NCBI GenBank assembly: GCA_002633005.1
Contig: NMRA01000641.1
Span: 169,162-233,161, forward strand
Origin: Phoronis australis
Taxonomy: Eukaryota; Animalia; Phoronida
DNA: 64,000 bases
Direction of reading: 5' to 3'
Shown here: piece by piece, positions 23,799-35,309 of the stretch
How positions within the stretch are numbered: position 1 is the stretch's first letter
How the letters are laid out: every line of letters starts with the position of its first letter
Made by a program: the position numbers and the translations under genes
Notes under the pieces: generated by a model
Databases searched by the model: none
Told to the model about the DNA's origin: nothing
Seen by the model: the letters and a program-made list of their open reading frames with translations, nothing else

Positions 23799-25344
23799 AC
23801 CTCTCCTTTCAGGTTATGACTCCCTCTCGACTACGGAGCTTATCAATGGTTTCTCTTTCGGTTTCAGACTCGGCGCCTCCTCAATATGTCACTCTAATCC
23901 CCCCACCAACCACCCATCAGCTCTACGTAATCCCGAAGTTACCTTCCAGAAAATCCAGACTGAGGTTCTGCTGGGTCGCTATGCCGGTCCCTTCCCATCC
24001 CCCCCTTTCCCCCTTTTCTCTTCGTCACCCCTTGCCCTCATCCCTAAATCTCACCCTAACAGTTTTCGTCTCATTCATAACTTGTCATACCCATCTCGTC
24101 ACTCTAACTCAGTTAACTCCCTCATACCCCCTGAATTCTCCCAAGTCCAGTACCAATCCATCACGGACGCTATCCGCCTGGTTCAACGGTTTGGGCGCCA
24201 CTCCCTCATGGCTAAGACCGACATCAAGGACGCTTTTCGCATCGTACCGGTGCACCCTGACGACTACCACCTCTTAGGTCTCTCCTGGGCCAACAACTTC
24301 TACTACGACAAGTGCCTGCCATTTGGCTGTGCCTCCAGCTGCAACATCTTCGAAAAGGTCAGTTCTGCGATTCAATGGATCCTGGAAACCAAATTGAAGG
24401 TCGCCGGCGTTTCGCACTACCTCGATGACTTCTTCTTCGTGGGCCCCCCATCCTCGCCGACTTGCTCCCGGGACCTCGCCTCATTCATATCACTCTGCGA
24501 CTCTCTAGGCATCCCTATCAACCACGACAAGACAATTCAGCCGACCACCTCCATCACCATTTATGGCATCCACCTTGACTCTACCACCATGACTGCTTCT
24601 CTCCCACAGGACAAGGTGGACAGAGCTTCCAACCTCCTGCTCGACTTCCAAAAGCGCCGCAAGGTTACCCTTCGTGACCTTCAATCCCTCATTGGCCTAC
24701 TAAACTTCGCCTGCTCCGTCATCGTGCCTGGCCGCGCCTTCCTGCGCCGACTCATCAACCTCACCATCGGCATTTCGCGACCAGACCACTTTGTCACTCT
24801 CAATAAAGAAGCGAGAGCGGACCTTCGGGCTTGGTCCATCTTTCTCCGAGGCTTCAATGGGAAAACACTGTTCCTATTCGACGAGTGGACATCTTCAGAC
24901 ACCATCAAACTGTACTCTGATGCTGCGGGCTCCAACGGGGGTTTTGCTGCGACATTGGGAGCCTCCTGGTTTGCCTGCCCGTGGCCCGAGCACCTGCAAC
25001 ACCATCACATCACCTTCAAGGAACTCCTTCCGATTGTCATAGCGCTAGAACTGTGGGGTTCAAAGCTCGCCAACCACAAGATCCTCTTCCTGTGCGACAA
25101 CCGTGCTGTCGTTGACATTATCAACAAGACATCCTCCCGCCACGCCCCCATTATGTCTCTTGTCCGCCGTCTGGTCATCTCCGCTCTTACCTTTAATGTT
25201 CATTTTCGGGCAAAACATATCCCCGGCTACACTAACATCATTGCTGATGCACTTTCTCGTTTCAACTTTCAGGTCGCCTTTTCCCAGGGTTATTGGCTCA
25301 GCCCTCATCCGACACCGATCCCACAGCACCTCCTGACAGAGTGA
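23386..25344 (+). CDS. Reverse transcriptase plus RNase H (ORF2); conserved part starts near MPGIPTPV at about 23758
   Basis: FRLIHNLS, AKTDIKDAFR, CLPFG, HYLDDFF (RT); YSDAAG, KELLPI, LCDN, NIIADALSR (RNase H); no stops. Confidence 0.95.
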   Translation: MTATHTTAFLRPCFMIPISENSGLLSPSSGTTSTGTCGAKFASSSTRSNATQPTVTPFVRAPPPPHFFEAPVPQPLTPTLSPQVSAGSSTTNPATFPSADTSIVVASAAPTTQRGHAPPKPPTHMPGIPTPVKVSKLKPLLSGYDSLSTTELINGFSFGFRLGASSICHSNPPTNHPSALRNPEVTFQKIQTEVLLGRYAGPFPSPPFPLFSSSPLALIPKSHPNSFRLIHNLSYPSRHSNSVNSLIPPEFSQVQYQSITDAIRLVQRFGRHSLMAKTDIKDAFRIVPVHPDDYHLLGLSWANNFYYDKCLPFGCASSCNIFEKVSSAIQWILETKLKVAGVSHYLDDFFFVGPPSSPTCSRDLASFISLCDSLGIPINHDKTIQPTTSITIYGIHLDSTTMTASLPQDKVDRASNLLLDFQKRRKVTLRDLQSLIGLLNFACSVIVPGRAFLRRLINLTIGISRPDHFVTLNKEARADLRAWSIFLRGFNGKTLFLFDEWTSSDTIKLYSDAAGSNGGFAATLGASWFACPWPEHLQHHHITFKELLPIVIALELWGSKLANHKILFLCDNRAVVDIINKTSSRHAPIMSLVRRLVISALTFNVHFRAKHIPGYTNIIADALSRFNFQVAFSQGYWLSPHPTPIPQHLLTE

Positions 25345-26243
25345 CCAGACTGCTCCGGGCTTCCCTGGCCCCCTCCACGCTTCAGTCCTACACCCGCATC
25401 CTGCGTAACCTCGCACAGTTTCACCTCTCCTCTAACAACTCTCCGCTCACCTTGCCCATTAATACCTCTTTCTTGGCCATCTACATCTCTCATCTCTTCG
25501 AATCTGGGCTTAGTAGCTCGTCTATCCAGTCCTATGTCTCTGCCATTAGCTTTGTCCACAAGCTTGACAACCTCCCTGACCCCACTTCCTCCTTTTTTAT
25601 CAAAAAAATCCTAAAAGGCACTTCCAATCTGCGCCCTTCTTCTGACACACGCATGCCCATTACTTCCGCTTTGCTTCACCGCTTGTTTGACGCCTGCCCT
25701 TCTGCACTCGGCTCTTTTGCGGACTCGGTTCTCGCACGTGCTATGTTCCTCTTAGCCTTCCATGCCTTCCTGAGGGTCGGTGAATTCACAGTCACCTCCT
25801 CGCTCTCCTCCCACGTCATACAGGTCAGCGACGTCGTCTTCCCCCCCTCTGGCGATTCTGTGGTCATCACTATGCGGACCTTCAAGCACAGCTCGGGACC
25901 AGTGTCACTTACAATTCCGTCCAGCCAATCTCCCCATTGCCCAGTAGCTGCCCTAACCTTGTACTTGTCTACTTTTCAGCCCTCTCCTGGCCCCTTGTTC
26001 CAACACCTCAGTGGATCACCGGTTACCCGTTCCTGCTTCAACTCCATGTTAACTAAAGTGGTTTCCTTTGTAGGACTCGACACCAAGGCTTATACGTCTC
26101 ATAGCTTTCGCATTGGCGCCGCCACCTCTGCGGCCAGCCGGGGCGTCCCTGAACCGGTGATCCAGCGCATGGGGCGCTGGAAATCTGACGCACTAAAAAA
26201 CTACATTCGCATGTCTGCTTTTCCTCTTCCCCAGGCTTCTTGA
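25293..26243 (+). CDS. Tyrosine recombinase (ORF3)
   Basis: SLAPSTLQSY N-terminal domain; catalytic FLRVGE (R), TFKHS (K), HSFRIG (HxxR), MGRWKS (W), KNYIR (Y); overlaps the end of ORF2; no ATG at the annotated start. Confidence 0.95.
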   Translation: MAQPSSDTDPTAPPDRVTRLLRASLAPSTLQSYTRILRNLAQFHLSSNNSPLTLPINTSFLAIYISHLFESGLSSSSIQSYVSAISFVHKLDNLPDPTSSFFIKKILKGTSNLRPSSDTRMPITSALLHRLFDACPSALGSFADSVLARAMFLLAFHAFLRVGEFTVTSSLSSHVIQVSDVVFPPSGDSVVITMRTFKHSSGPVSLTIPSSQSPHCPVAALTLYLSTFQPSPGPLFQHLSGSPVTRSCFNSMLTKVVSFVGLDTKAYTSHSFRIGAATSAASRGVPEPVIQRMGRWKSDALKNYIRMSAFPLPQAS

Positions 26244-26614
26244 ACTCCTGGTGAGCCTGTTGTTGCAGCTCCCCACTTCTCTCACTTTGCTTTTCAGCCC
26301 CTCCCACTCCTCTGGGTCTGTGGTTTCAGCCCACTAGGTCAGGACTGTTGTTGCAGCCGGCCTCCTCCCGTTCGCAGGTCTGTTGTTGCAGCCTGTGGCC
26401 CAAGGCCTGTAGTTGCAGGCTTCAATTTCTAGTCATTAGTTCTAGTTAACTTTACTTACATTTCGTTATGTTCTTGTTTTTTATATTCTAGACTTATGTA
26501 TTCTAATTTCCTGTTATCCTGTTTAGTACCTATATTTTATCATAGTCTAACCTTGTTATTGCCCGGGTTGCGCTTCCTCGGATGGGCGATGTCAGCATTC
26601 CGTGCTGCCATTAT

Positions 26615-27404
26615 GGCGTTTTTTGCATGCCCATCTTGCAGAGTCTTAGTTAGTTTTATCTATTACGTCATAATAAATGACAATATTCGCAATCCTCCTC
26701 TTGTTTTACTCTGCAACATAGCTCGTGGCGTACCCCGGGCAAAATAGATTACGATAAATTAAATTTAACTTGTTAAATGCATTTATCGTCATTATTTTGA
26801 CACTTGTCTCTTTATTTTGAGACCAGTCCTTAGGGTTTATTTTGCATTACTCATCTCTATTTATAGCCTCTAGGGCCTACTTTTGTATTCATACGTTTCT
26901 CTACGCGACTCCTGATTGGTGGCCCATATTTCCTTTGTTCTGTTCAACGTGGTCTCTCATTCAGCCACCTACCTCTACATCTACAAGACCTACGTTCGTT
27001 CTCTTCATTTTTTCCCCACCCCCCATCCCGGGTGTCGGTTCCACTTTCTCTTTGCTCGTATACATTTCCTGTTAGGTTTTTTTTCAAGTTTTGTTTTCAT
27101 GTTCTGTACTTTTCCCTTAAGCCCTTCAGGCAGTTTTTTTGTTTTGTTCCCTCTTGCAGGGCTATTCATTGTACACGCCGGTGGGCGTTTTTTGCATGCC
27201 CATCTTGCAGAGTCTTAATTAGTTTTATCTATTACGTCATAATAAATGACAATATTCGCGGCGTTTTTTGCATGCCCATCTTGCAGAGTCTTAATTAGTT
27301 TTATCTATTACGTCATAATAAATGACAATATTCGCAATCCTCCTCTTGTTTTACTCTGCAACATAGCTCGTGGCGTACCCCGGGCAAAATAGATTACGAT
27401 AAAT
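26615..27404 (+). repeat. Split direct repeats: B1 (26615-26759), spacer or putative A2 (26760-27183), partial B (27184-27259), B2 (27260-27404)
   Basis: Near-identical 145-bp repeats containing AATAAA and ending ...aaaatagattacgataaat. Confidence 0.9.
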
Positions 27405-27465
27405 AATTTAGTTTCTCAAATGATCTGGAATGTGTTACGACACGACTGGTTAATAACACCGAGTA

Positions 27466-28154
27466 CGACTTTACCACTACACCACTCAGCAGATGACGTC
27501 ATCGAACGTGAAAATAGAATAATGAGCACTCGCAACATTTGCGTGTTCAACAAACGGCATTGTACCGACATTTATAAGCTTTGAAAAATAAGACGCACAA
27601 TTTCAATAAAAACGACATCTTTAATACAGTAAAATTTATCAGTCGTTTTCTCTCACTTGTAAACCATCGATCTAATTGAATGCGCGTAACGTGTCGTCGG
27701 GATCCGTCGACTTGAACATAAAACTCAGTAACCATTGGTAACCTACTTTAGCAGACGATATTTTCACATTGGCAGCTTATCATGAATAGATGCGTAGTAA
27801 GCTAGAATACTTGCTTAAAAATTATTTTACAGATTCACTTTATTTGAGCGTCAATTTTATATGGTTTTAAATAAAATCATCATTTTAACAAGAAGAACTT
27901 GGAGATTCTTAAAAGGTCACGACCCCAGGCCTGTGACATAGAAAGTAGTTACAAAAGCCGAGGCGAGTCGAGGAAGGTAGATCGATTCATTGCAACGTTT
28001 ATCAATCAATATGTGGTATAAGTACATTATTACATGTTCTCAGTTGTTATCCCACTTATCTAGAGCGCTCGTGGATTTTGTAGAATTATTGCCCTCGAAA
28101 ATCCACTCGGGTTCTAGATTACGGAAGATAACGACTTCGCCATGTAATAATCTA
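27466..28154 (-). mobile_element. Palindrome-ended element, copy 2 (inverted relative to copy 1)
   Basis: Reverse-complement similarity to 21715-22450, including the palindrome at about 28027-28150 and the A-box half of the tRNA-like segment. Confidence 0.8.
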
Positions 28155-28493
28155 CATTTACTAAAAATAACAATGTAGTTTTTAATGACACTAATTTTGT
28201 GTCTGATTTCATTTGGTTACTTTTTACCCACATTCGAAGTATACGGCTTCGTACCCGTGCTTGTTTTTTGTTTATTGTACTTTGGGCAAGAGGCCTTTTA
28301 TACAAATAAACGTATTGAAAGGCCAGTCTTATGTTTACGGAGGACCAATGAGATAAATAAAGCTATATATAGCTCATTGCGGAGGAGCCTGTTAGTTGTT
28401 CATACTCTACGAGAGCTTAACTTGCAAATCGCTAATTACGTTCCGGTTCATTCTACCGTTCTAATGTTTTCATAGTAATTGTATAAAACGACT

Positions 28494-30853
28494 TATACCA
28501 CATAGTCAGCCTGACATGGCCATTGCAACCGTTGGATAACCCACTTTGTTAATCAACGCGTGTTGAATAACATTTTGGCGGGAACCCGAGGACGGATTCG
28601 AACACGTTTCACCAGAGTTTCGAGCCTTCGCCTTAATCACTGAGCTATTCAGCAGCTGACGGCATCTTACGGGAAAATAGAATACTTAAATGAGGACGCG
28701 CACTAATCGCATATTCGACAAAAGCCTTGTATTGACATTTTTCGTGAAAATAAAACCTCGCAATTTCAATAAAAACGATACCATTAACTCAGTAAAACTT
28801 ATCTGCCATTTTCTCTCACTCGTAAATCATCGATCTCCAGTTTAAATGTGGGTAACATGTCGTCGCCCACTTGGACATTATCCCATACGCATTGAATCAG
28901 TCGAATACCTCCCGCACTACTTCAACAGTAACCTCTGGCATGGAAAGTTCAAAAGGTAGGTCAATGTTGACTCGATGTCATTAGCCGATTCGATCATTAA
29001 ACTTTCCGAAAATAGTTTAAAGTAATTCAATTGCAGCAGTGTAAATAACACCAACATGCAACCAGGTCCCAAACGTAACATCTGTAAGAGGACTGTTAAT
29101 TATATGACAGTTCTGTCTCAGTTTTCAATTGTTAAATATTATACCGTCTGCAACCCAGGCGCCGATTCCTTGGTAACTACAATATAAAGTATTGTTGTTA
29201 TTTAATTATTGTCAGGAAATGTTACAAGTTTATTGTACAATTACCGTTAATTTCATCTTTGTTATTTCTTTTCAAGTAAGAAATCGTTATATTTAAAACC
29301 TTTATTGTACTAGAGAAAACGTGTGACCTAACGCGCAAGTATATACACATGGGATGTGATTCGCCACGTGAACTGTCTGGGTGAAGTGTTGAAAAAATCT
29401 GCAGAAAAAATGAAAGAAACTTAGGAATTCGATGCGTTTGGGATAAATACAAAGAGCACCTCGATTGGCGTAGATGAAGTAATATCCCACTCGACATTAT
29501 TCCGCTCGGTTTCGGTCGATACGCGGAATAATGTCTTGTGGGATATTACTTCATGTACGCCACTCTCGGTACGTTTTGTGTATTTATACTCGGTAACCAG
29601 TGGTAAACTACCTTAACAGACGATATTTTGTCGTTAGAAACTTAGCATGATGAGATGTGTAGCAAGCTAGCCTATTTACTTAAAACTTATTTGATAGATT
29701 CGCTTTATTTCTATTTTTGTTTAAATTCCATCTGGTTTTGATTAAAAACATTATTTTAACAGGAATGACTTGGCGTTTCTTAAAAGGTAACGATCTCTGA
29801 TTACGAGCCTCTGGCATAGAAAGTAGTTTCAAAGCCGCGGCGAGTCGAGAAAGGCAGACTGGTTCATTGTATGTGGTATAAATAGATCATTAAATGTTCT
29901 CAGTCGATATCCAGGGTGTTTCATCGAAACAGGATCTTCGATGTAAAGCAGATATCCCCGGGTTGAAAACAGACTGCCGCACCCTCAAAACAGCTAACCA
30001 GCCTGAAAAACACGAACCCCGACCTTTAAAACAGGAATCCCAGGGATCGAACAGGAAACCCGGACAAATTTCCCGAGACCGTTGTCAGTAGCCTCAAACT
30101 TGAGTTAAAGCATCTCCAAGTACTTTCCAGTTGTTTTCTGCATTTGTTTGTTAAAAATTCTCAATCATAAAACGCAACTTATTGACTTTGTTATTTGGTT
30201 TTATCGGTAAAGCTCGTGCAACTTGTGTGTGGACGAATTTCAATATAATCTATATTCTCAACACGTTGCTATCTCAGTGAATATTTAATTAATTTCAGAT
30301 TATTCAGTAGTTTCTCCAAAATATTTTCAAAAATTAAAAACAAAAATAAAGTTTCGGCGTTCGAGTGCAATTGTTGTTTAATTCATTATTTATTGTGACT
30401 TGTACGCAGCCTTGTGGAAGATGAACAGTTGATTGAAGAAATGGGGAAAAAAGAAACTGGCCAATAGGTGACGCAATATTTCATGGCGCCGAAAGCCGAC
30501 GGAAAAGCTGGCACCACAACTTTAGGCAATCCGTCATAAGTTGTCTAAATTCTCATATAGTAAAACAACATTTAAAGTTAGAGTGGTGTTTCGGTTCCTG
30601 GGTGTCCAGTCCGATCCCCGGGGTTCCTGATTTAAAAGTCAAGGTTCGTATTTTGGGCTAGTTGGCTGTTTTGAAGGTGCAGGAGTTTGTTTTTGACTAC
30701 GGGGGTTCCTGTTTCGATGGAACACCCTGATATTCCCCTTATCTAGAGTTCTCGTCCGTTTTGGAGAATTATCGAAATCGGAGCTAACGCCCCTTGAGCG
30801 ATAATTCTCCAAAATCCATTTGGGGGATAACGACTTCACTATTTAATAATCTA
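28494..30853 (-). mobile_element. Palindrome-ended element, copy 3, interrupted by two nested insertions
   Basis: Pieces 28494-28880, 29586-29911 and 30730-30853 are colinear with copies 1 and 2. Confidence 0.7.
29912..30729. mobile_element. TIR element (MITE) with CAGGG ends
   Basis: cagggtgtttcatcgaaacagga ... tcctgtttcgatggaacaccctg; flanks atatc/atatt; extended subterminal inverted similarity. Confidence 0.85.
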
Positions 30854-31899
30854 ATAATCAATTTTTATACTCTGGAAATGGCCTGTTATTGATAAAATAT
30901 CACTTTTCTGTCTCTGACACTTCCGTGCAACCATAGACTATAGTACATAATCTATGGTACAATTGCATTGTCACCGGAAATATGTTCACTAGCAGGTTCA
31001 CTTGGATAATAGGCACACATAGTACAGAATGACGAAATGGTCAGGCAGCTAGTTTTATAGTCACAATACAGCTTAGAACCACTGTGTGTTAAGCTCGAAA
31101 TTTCACACCGTCCGAGTAATTCTGCTCGTCACCTTGTCGTGAAACTTATAGCAACACAGGTGTAGAGCTAACTACCGGCGGGGGTGCATGCAAAATTTGG
31201 GAGTCAACCGACACTTACCTATAGCCCGTTTCAGACGTTCAGGTGAAAAACAATCTAATAAATTTATTTTCTTACATAATTCTCCGCCTTTTCTAACAAA
31301 GAAAAGTCTATCTTAGTTTTGGAAAACAGTACGCTCGCGACACGCGCACGAGCCACTTCCTAATTTTTGCAGCATCTCTCAGGAGATGATGGCAGCTTCG
31401 TAGCAGCTAAGTTTGGTCTGAAATTCGGTTTGCTGGTATTAGAATACTAAAAACTTGTAAAGAAATGAAACCAGTTCCGATAATTTCACGGTCGTGACAT
31501 GCACGCAACCGCGTGGAAGAAGATCAGCTGAGGACTCGTCGAAAAAAGATATTCGAGCTCCAGCAAATAAATGTGCTGGCCCACTGATGGGCGGTGGGCC
31601 AGGATTTGTAGGGCTTCTAGAAAGTGATTTTTGTGAGCAATTTAGGGAGGCAGTTTTATTTTGGTGTATTATCATTCATTTACTAGAGTGTTTTCAAAAT
31701 CTAAAAAGTTCCCACATATAAAGATGCACATTTCTGAGAAATTTGAGTTTGAAGTTATGTAGTAATCACCAAAGAGCTTAGTTAACTTATATGTGTAAAA
31801 ACAACACTGCTATCTTCTTTGTAAAACAAGTAATGGTCCCATCAATGTCATTGTATTGAACAATATTACACTCACATTACATGTTTAACTATTGCAGAC

Positions 31900-32165
31900 T
31901 AATTGTAAACGCTGAAATTTAGTCATCCAGGATCCTAGCCAAGGAACAAAATTGGCACACTCGTAAGCTCAAAGAGGCCATAAACATCAACAGTCAGCGC
32001 CCCCTCCTGAACCGGGACAGAGGACTTCACTTACTCCCGTGTACTCCAGCATTCTTAACGAGCGAAAGGCGGGAAATCCCTCGTTCATCGATTAAGACCT
32101 GGCGGACCAGGTCGAAACGTCTGCTAACAACCAACCACGTCTCTAAGTAAGTGACTTTTTACATC
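31900..32165 (+). mobile_element. Penelope-like element 3' fragment: GIY-YIG C-terminus plus hammerhead-like motif
   Basis: RILAKEQNWHTRKLKEAININSQRPLLNRDRG followed by gacctgg-cgga-ccaggtc-GAAACGTC. Confidence 0.78.
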
Positions 32166-32674
32166 TACAATTTGAGAGAGCATAAAATGCTACTAGAGAC
32201 AGAGCCTATGAGAGCTTGCAACAGGCCGGGTGGTGCTACTGATGGTGATCGGGAGGTAAAATTTCATCATTACTCGGCCAAAGAATTCTCTCAGAAAGCA
32301 CACTGGCAGGCACCTTTCCCCTCGGATGAACGAGGCCCCTCAAGGGCTTGCTCTGCCCAGTTAATTGAAATTAAGCTCTAAAACGAGAAGGGTTTTTTTC
32401 AGGTTATGCTTTGAACGTACGAACTAGGTGTTTTAATTTTAAAATTCAACTTGGTCCAGATTGAAGTTTGAAACCTAACACGTAAAATAAATGAAAGAAC
32501 TATTAAAACCAGGAAAGCAGAATTGATGGTCAAATAAATTTTAGCTTCAAATACCAGCCTGGTTTATTATTTTAATAAAAATAATTTTAATAACATCAAT
32601 CATTCTTGCAGATTAATGACAAATCAACTGTTACTTCCGGTAGTTCCTAACTCAGTACCAGGACCTAGGCTATG

Positions 32675-33672
32675 CTTATTTATTTATTCATTATTGTGAT
32701 ATTTAAAATGAGGGTGGCCTCTTCAGTGATAGCACTGCTTTCCAAGAGGGCCCTCAACAAGAAAAACAGTAATATAATACAATGAAGTAATAAAACAACA
32801 ATGAAATACACTTTACAAAGATACAATTAAAACAGGTTGAGAATTAAGACATTAACTAAATGACGAATAATGGTAAAAAAGCTAACTAAAACAGATTAAA
32901 AAAATTAAGAGATGACTCTAGACAGTGAGAGTATTTACGACAATGAAAAAAATGACATGAATAAGACAGGCAGGGTATAAAGGTTAGGTAAATTACAGCC
33001 ACTTTTTAATATTTACTTTAAAGGTAGTGATTGAATTGGACCGTTTAATTTCTGGGCTAAAAGAATTCCATATTATAGCAGCTGCATAGATAAAAGATCT
33101 CTTGCCCGCCTCGGTTTTAATTTTTTTTAGAAGAAACATTGCCAGCAACAGAAGAACGTGTAGAATAAAGAGCCTGACTGCTATTGAATTTACTGCTGAG
33201 ATATGCAGGAGCCAAGCCATTGATACATCTGTATATGCAACAGGGAGAGAGATATTTATTTCTTTGTCTTACTTTCATAAATCCCAGCTTGGAATAGAAG
33301 TCGTCAACCCTAGTGTCCCTAATTCTAGTACCCAGGATAGCCCTGGCGGCTCTATTTTGGATTACTTGGACTTTGCTGACAAGTGTGTCACTAGTGTGCC
33401 CCCAAACCGGCAAAACAATAATCAATATGAGGCTGAATAATAGAATGGTAAAGGGTCTTAAGAGTACTGACATTAAGAAATTTGCCTAGACGTTTAAGTA
33501 CACCGATTTTCTTTGATAATTTCTTTGTGATATGATCTATGTGCATATTAAATTTAAGATTGGGATCTAAAATAAGGCCCAAGTACTCTAAACTTGTCAA
33601 CATTCTCGATGGGAGAACTGTTGATAGAAAGGGATAGTTTTTGTTGTTTTAATTTCTGGTGGGTTCCAAACA
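32675..33672 (-). mobile_element. L2/CR1-group LINE, 5'-truncated and frameshifted
   Basis: EYLGLILDPNLKFNMHIDHITKKLSKKIGVLKRL...YHSIIQPHIDYC..VWG..VIQNRAARAI...KRSFIY..AIIWN; 3' stem-loop gagggccctcttggaaagcagtgc..actgaagaggccaccctc and (TAAA)n tail. Confidence 0.9.
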
Positions 33673-34001
33673 GATGTTAATATTCTTGATCGACAAATCA
33701 AACCAGATGTGACTAATTGCACATGGCAGAAAAATGGGATGAGCCTACACTGTCACTTATATCTTCAGCTTTTCAAAAATACGATCAGATGACCTGGTTC
33801 GTGTAGAAAGCATTTTTATCAACAATTTATAAGAAGACAGGTAATCCCGCATTCATCATATACCTAATCCGTAATACGATTGCCGCAATAGCGGAGTTGC
33901 AACGCCGCCATATTGGAAATGGGTCAGAATGTTGCAATGTGGTTAAGTCGGTAGACAAGCCACATCGGCAAGCGTGGGGGCGAACCGGCCACAGGGAGGT
34001 T

Positions 34002-34200
34002 TATACGTGTTGTGTGCCTGGCTGCTATAATACCAGTTAGCGAGATAAAGAATTTAGTTACTACCTGTTTCCCAAGGATCAAGAACTGAGTAAAAATGGG
34101 TCAGAAACATTGGTAGAGCTGGTAGCAAAGGCCGATTTAGCGCTCATTTTGAGGGCTTCAAGAAAACGAATCTTGGAAACTGCCCAACAATATTTCCCTT
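34002..34200 (+). pseudogene. THAP zinc-finger domain remnant (transposase-derived)
   Basis: CCVPGCYNTS*RDKEFSYYLFPKDQEL.K/WVRNIGR...AHFEG...CPTIFP with a stop and a frameshift. Confidence 0.75.
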
Positions 34201-35309
34201 GAAATGAACAGTAACAAATACTCCACGAGGGAGGGTAGTGAAAAAAAACTTGTTTCCGCTTGACCAGAACCAAGCCAACCTGAGCAATTTTGAGGATAAT
34301 GCCTCTGCACAATCCCTGTTCTGTCGAGTCACTTAACGCACGCACACTATGCGTTAACGTGCTAAGACAAAGTCCAGAATAATATTATTTACTTTCTACA
34401 AAATTGTGGTGCATTGCAATCAAAATTCGTTGTTAATTTATGATCATTTTTCAGAAAATTGTGCTGAAATCCCAGGGCGAAATTTCGCCGACAGATGCGT
34501 TGCTGCCGGTCTCGCAATCGTCGATAGGGCAACTTGAATTCTTGAATAAGGATACAGTTTCGACTCAATAAATTACCTGAAATCCTCCTTAAGTTTTCCA
34601 AATAGCGCCTCTAAGATTTTTAAGTTCTTGTGGAGTCTGGATTAACTGCAGATTAAGCTATTAGGCCTAAGTCCAAATCTGCGCTAGATTGTAGCCCGCA
34701 ACACAAGCTAGAGGATCATACATGTTGTTGTCACGTGACGTTTGTTTTGAAGTTTGTATGCGTGTGTTTGAGAGTAAGCATGCGTGTGCTTGTCATCAGA
34801 GTTCATTTGCCAGAGTAAATGCGACGTAATGATCTAGGTGTGGATTGCAACCAAGGAAATTATCTCAAGCAGTCAAGCAGGGCGTGTTTTAATATTTAGC
34901 ACTTGCTGGCCTCATCTGCTAACAAACGTTCGAGCATTGTTTCGTTAAGACCGATATGTCACTCATTGAGTCGCCGGGTGAGATGCGTGACCGTAGTGTT
35001 ACAGCTATTTTCCGGAAGATTCGGGGTGTAAGGATGCAAATGTGTTCACTATCAGTGGGTCATTTTGACTTTAAAAACACCAATTATGATTAGTTAAATA
35101 ATTTCTCTGAAACATAATGCAAAAGTTTTTACGGTATTAGAAACTTTCGGAAATTAGTGCCAATATTTATTTCTTGCCGATGCTATGTTACCCGTTTCAT
35201 GAATAGATAGCTACCGACTAAAATGTCTTCGATGACAGCCAGTACATTATGCAGCGCGCGCATCTTGGCCGCGTGCTAACATTAGTCGAGTTTTTTTTAC
35301 TAGTATTCG

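Larger units (their letters stand above)
22942..27404 (+). mobile_element. Ngaro-type (DIRS order) tyrosine-recombinase retrotransposon, 5'-truncated
   Basis: Overlapping gag, RT-RNaseH and YR ORFs; no methyltransferase domain; 3' direct repeats; abrupt switch to C-rich composition at about 22942. Confidence 0.93.

Noticed and set aside
25293-26243. Phage integrase next to an RT, as in a prokaryotic retron, DGR or defence system
   Set aside because: The gag zinc finger, overlapping RT-RNaseH-YR layout and split direct repeats are the established Ngaro/DIRS architecture.
23138-26307. Antisense and alternate-frame ORFs over the Ngaro element
   Set aside because: Shadow ORFs caused by the C-rich, stop-poor composition; no recognisable motifs.
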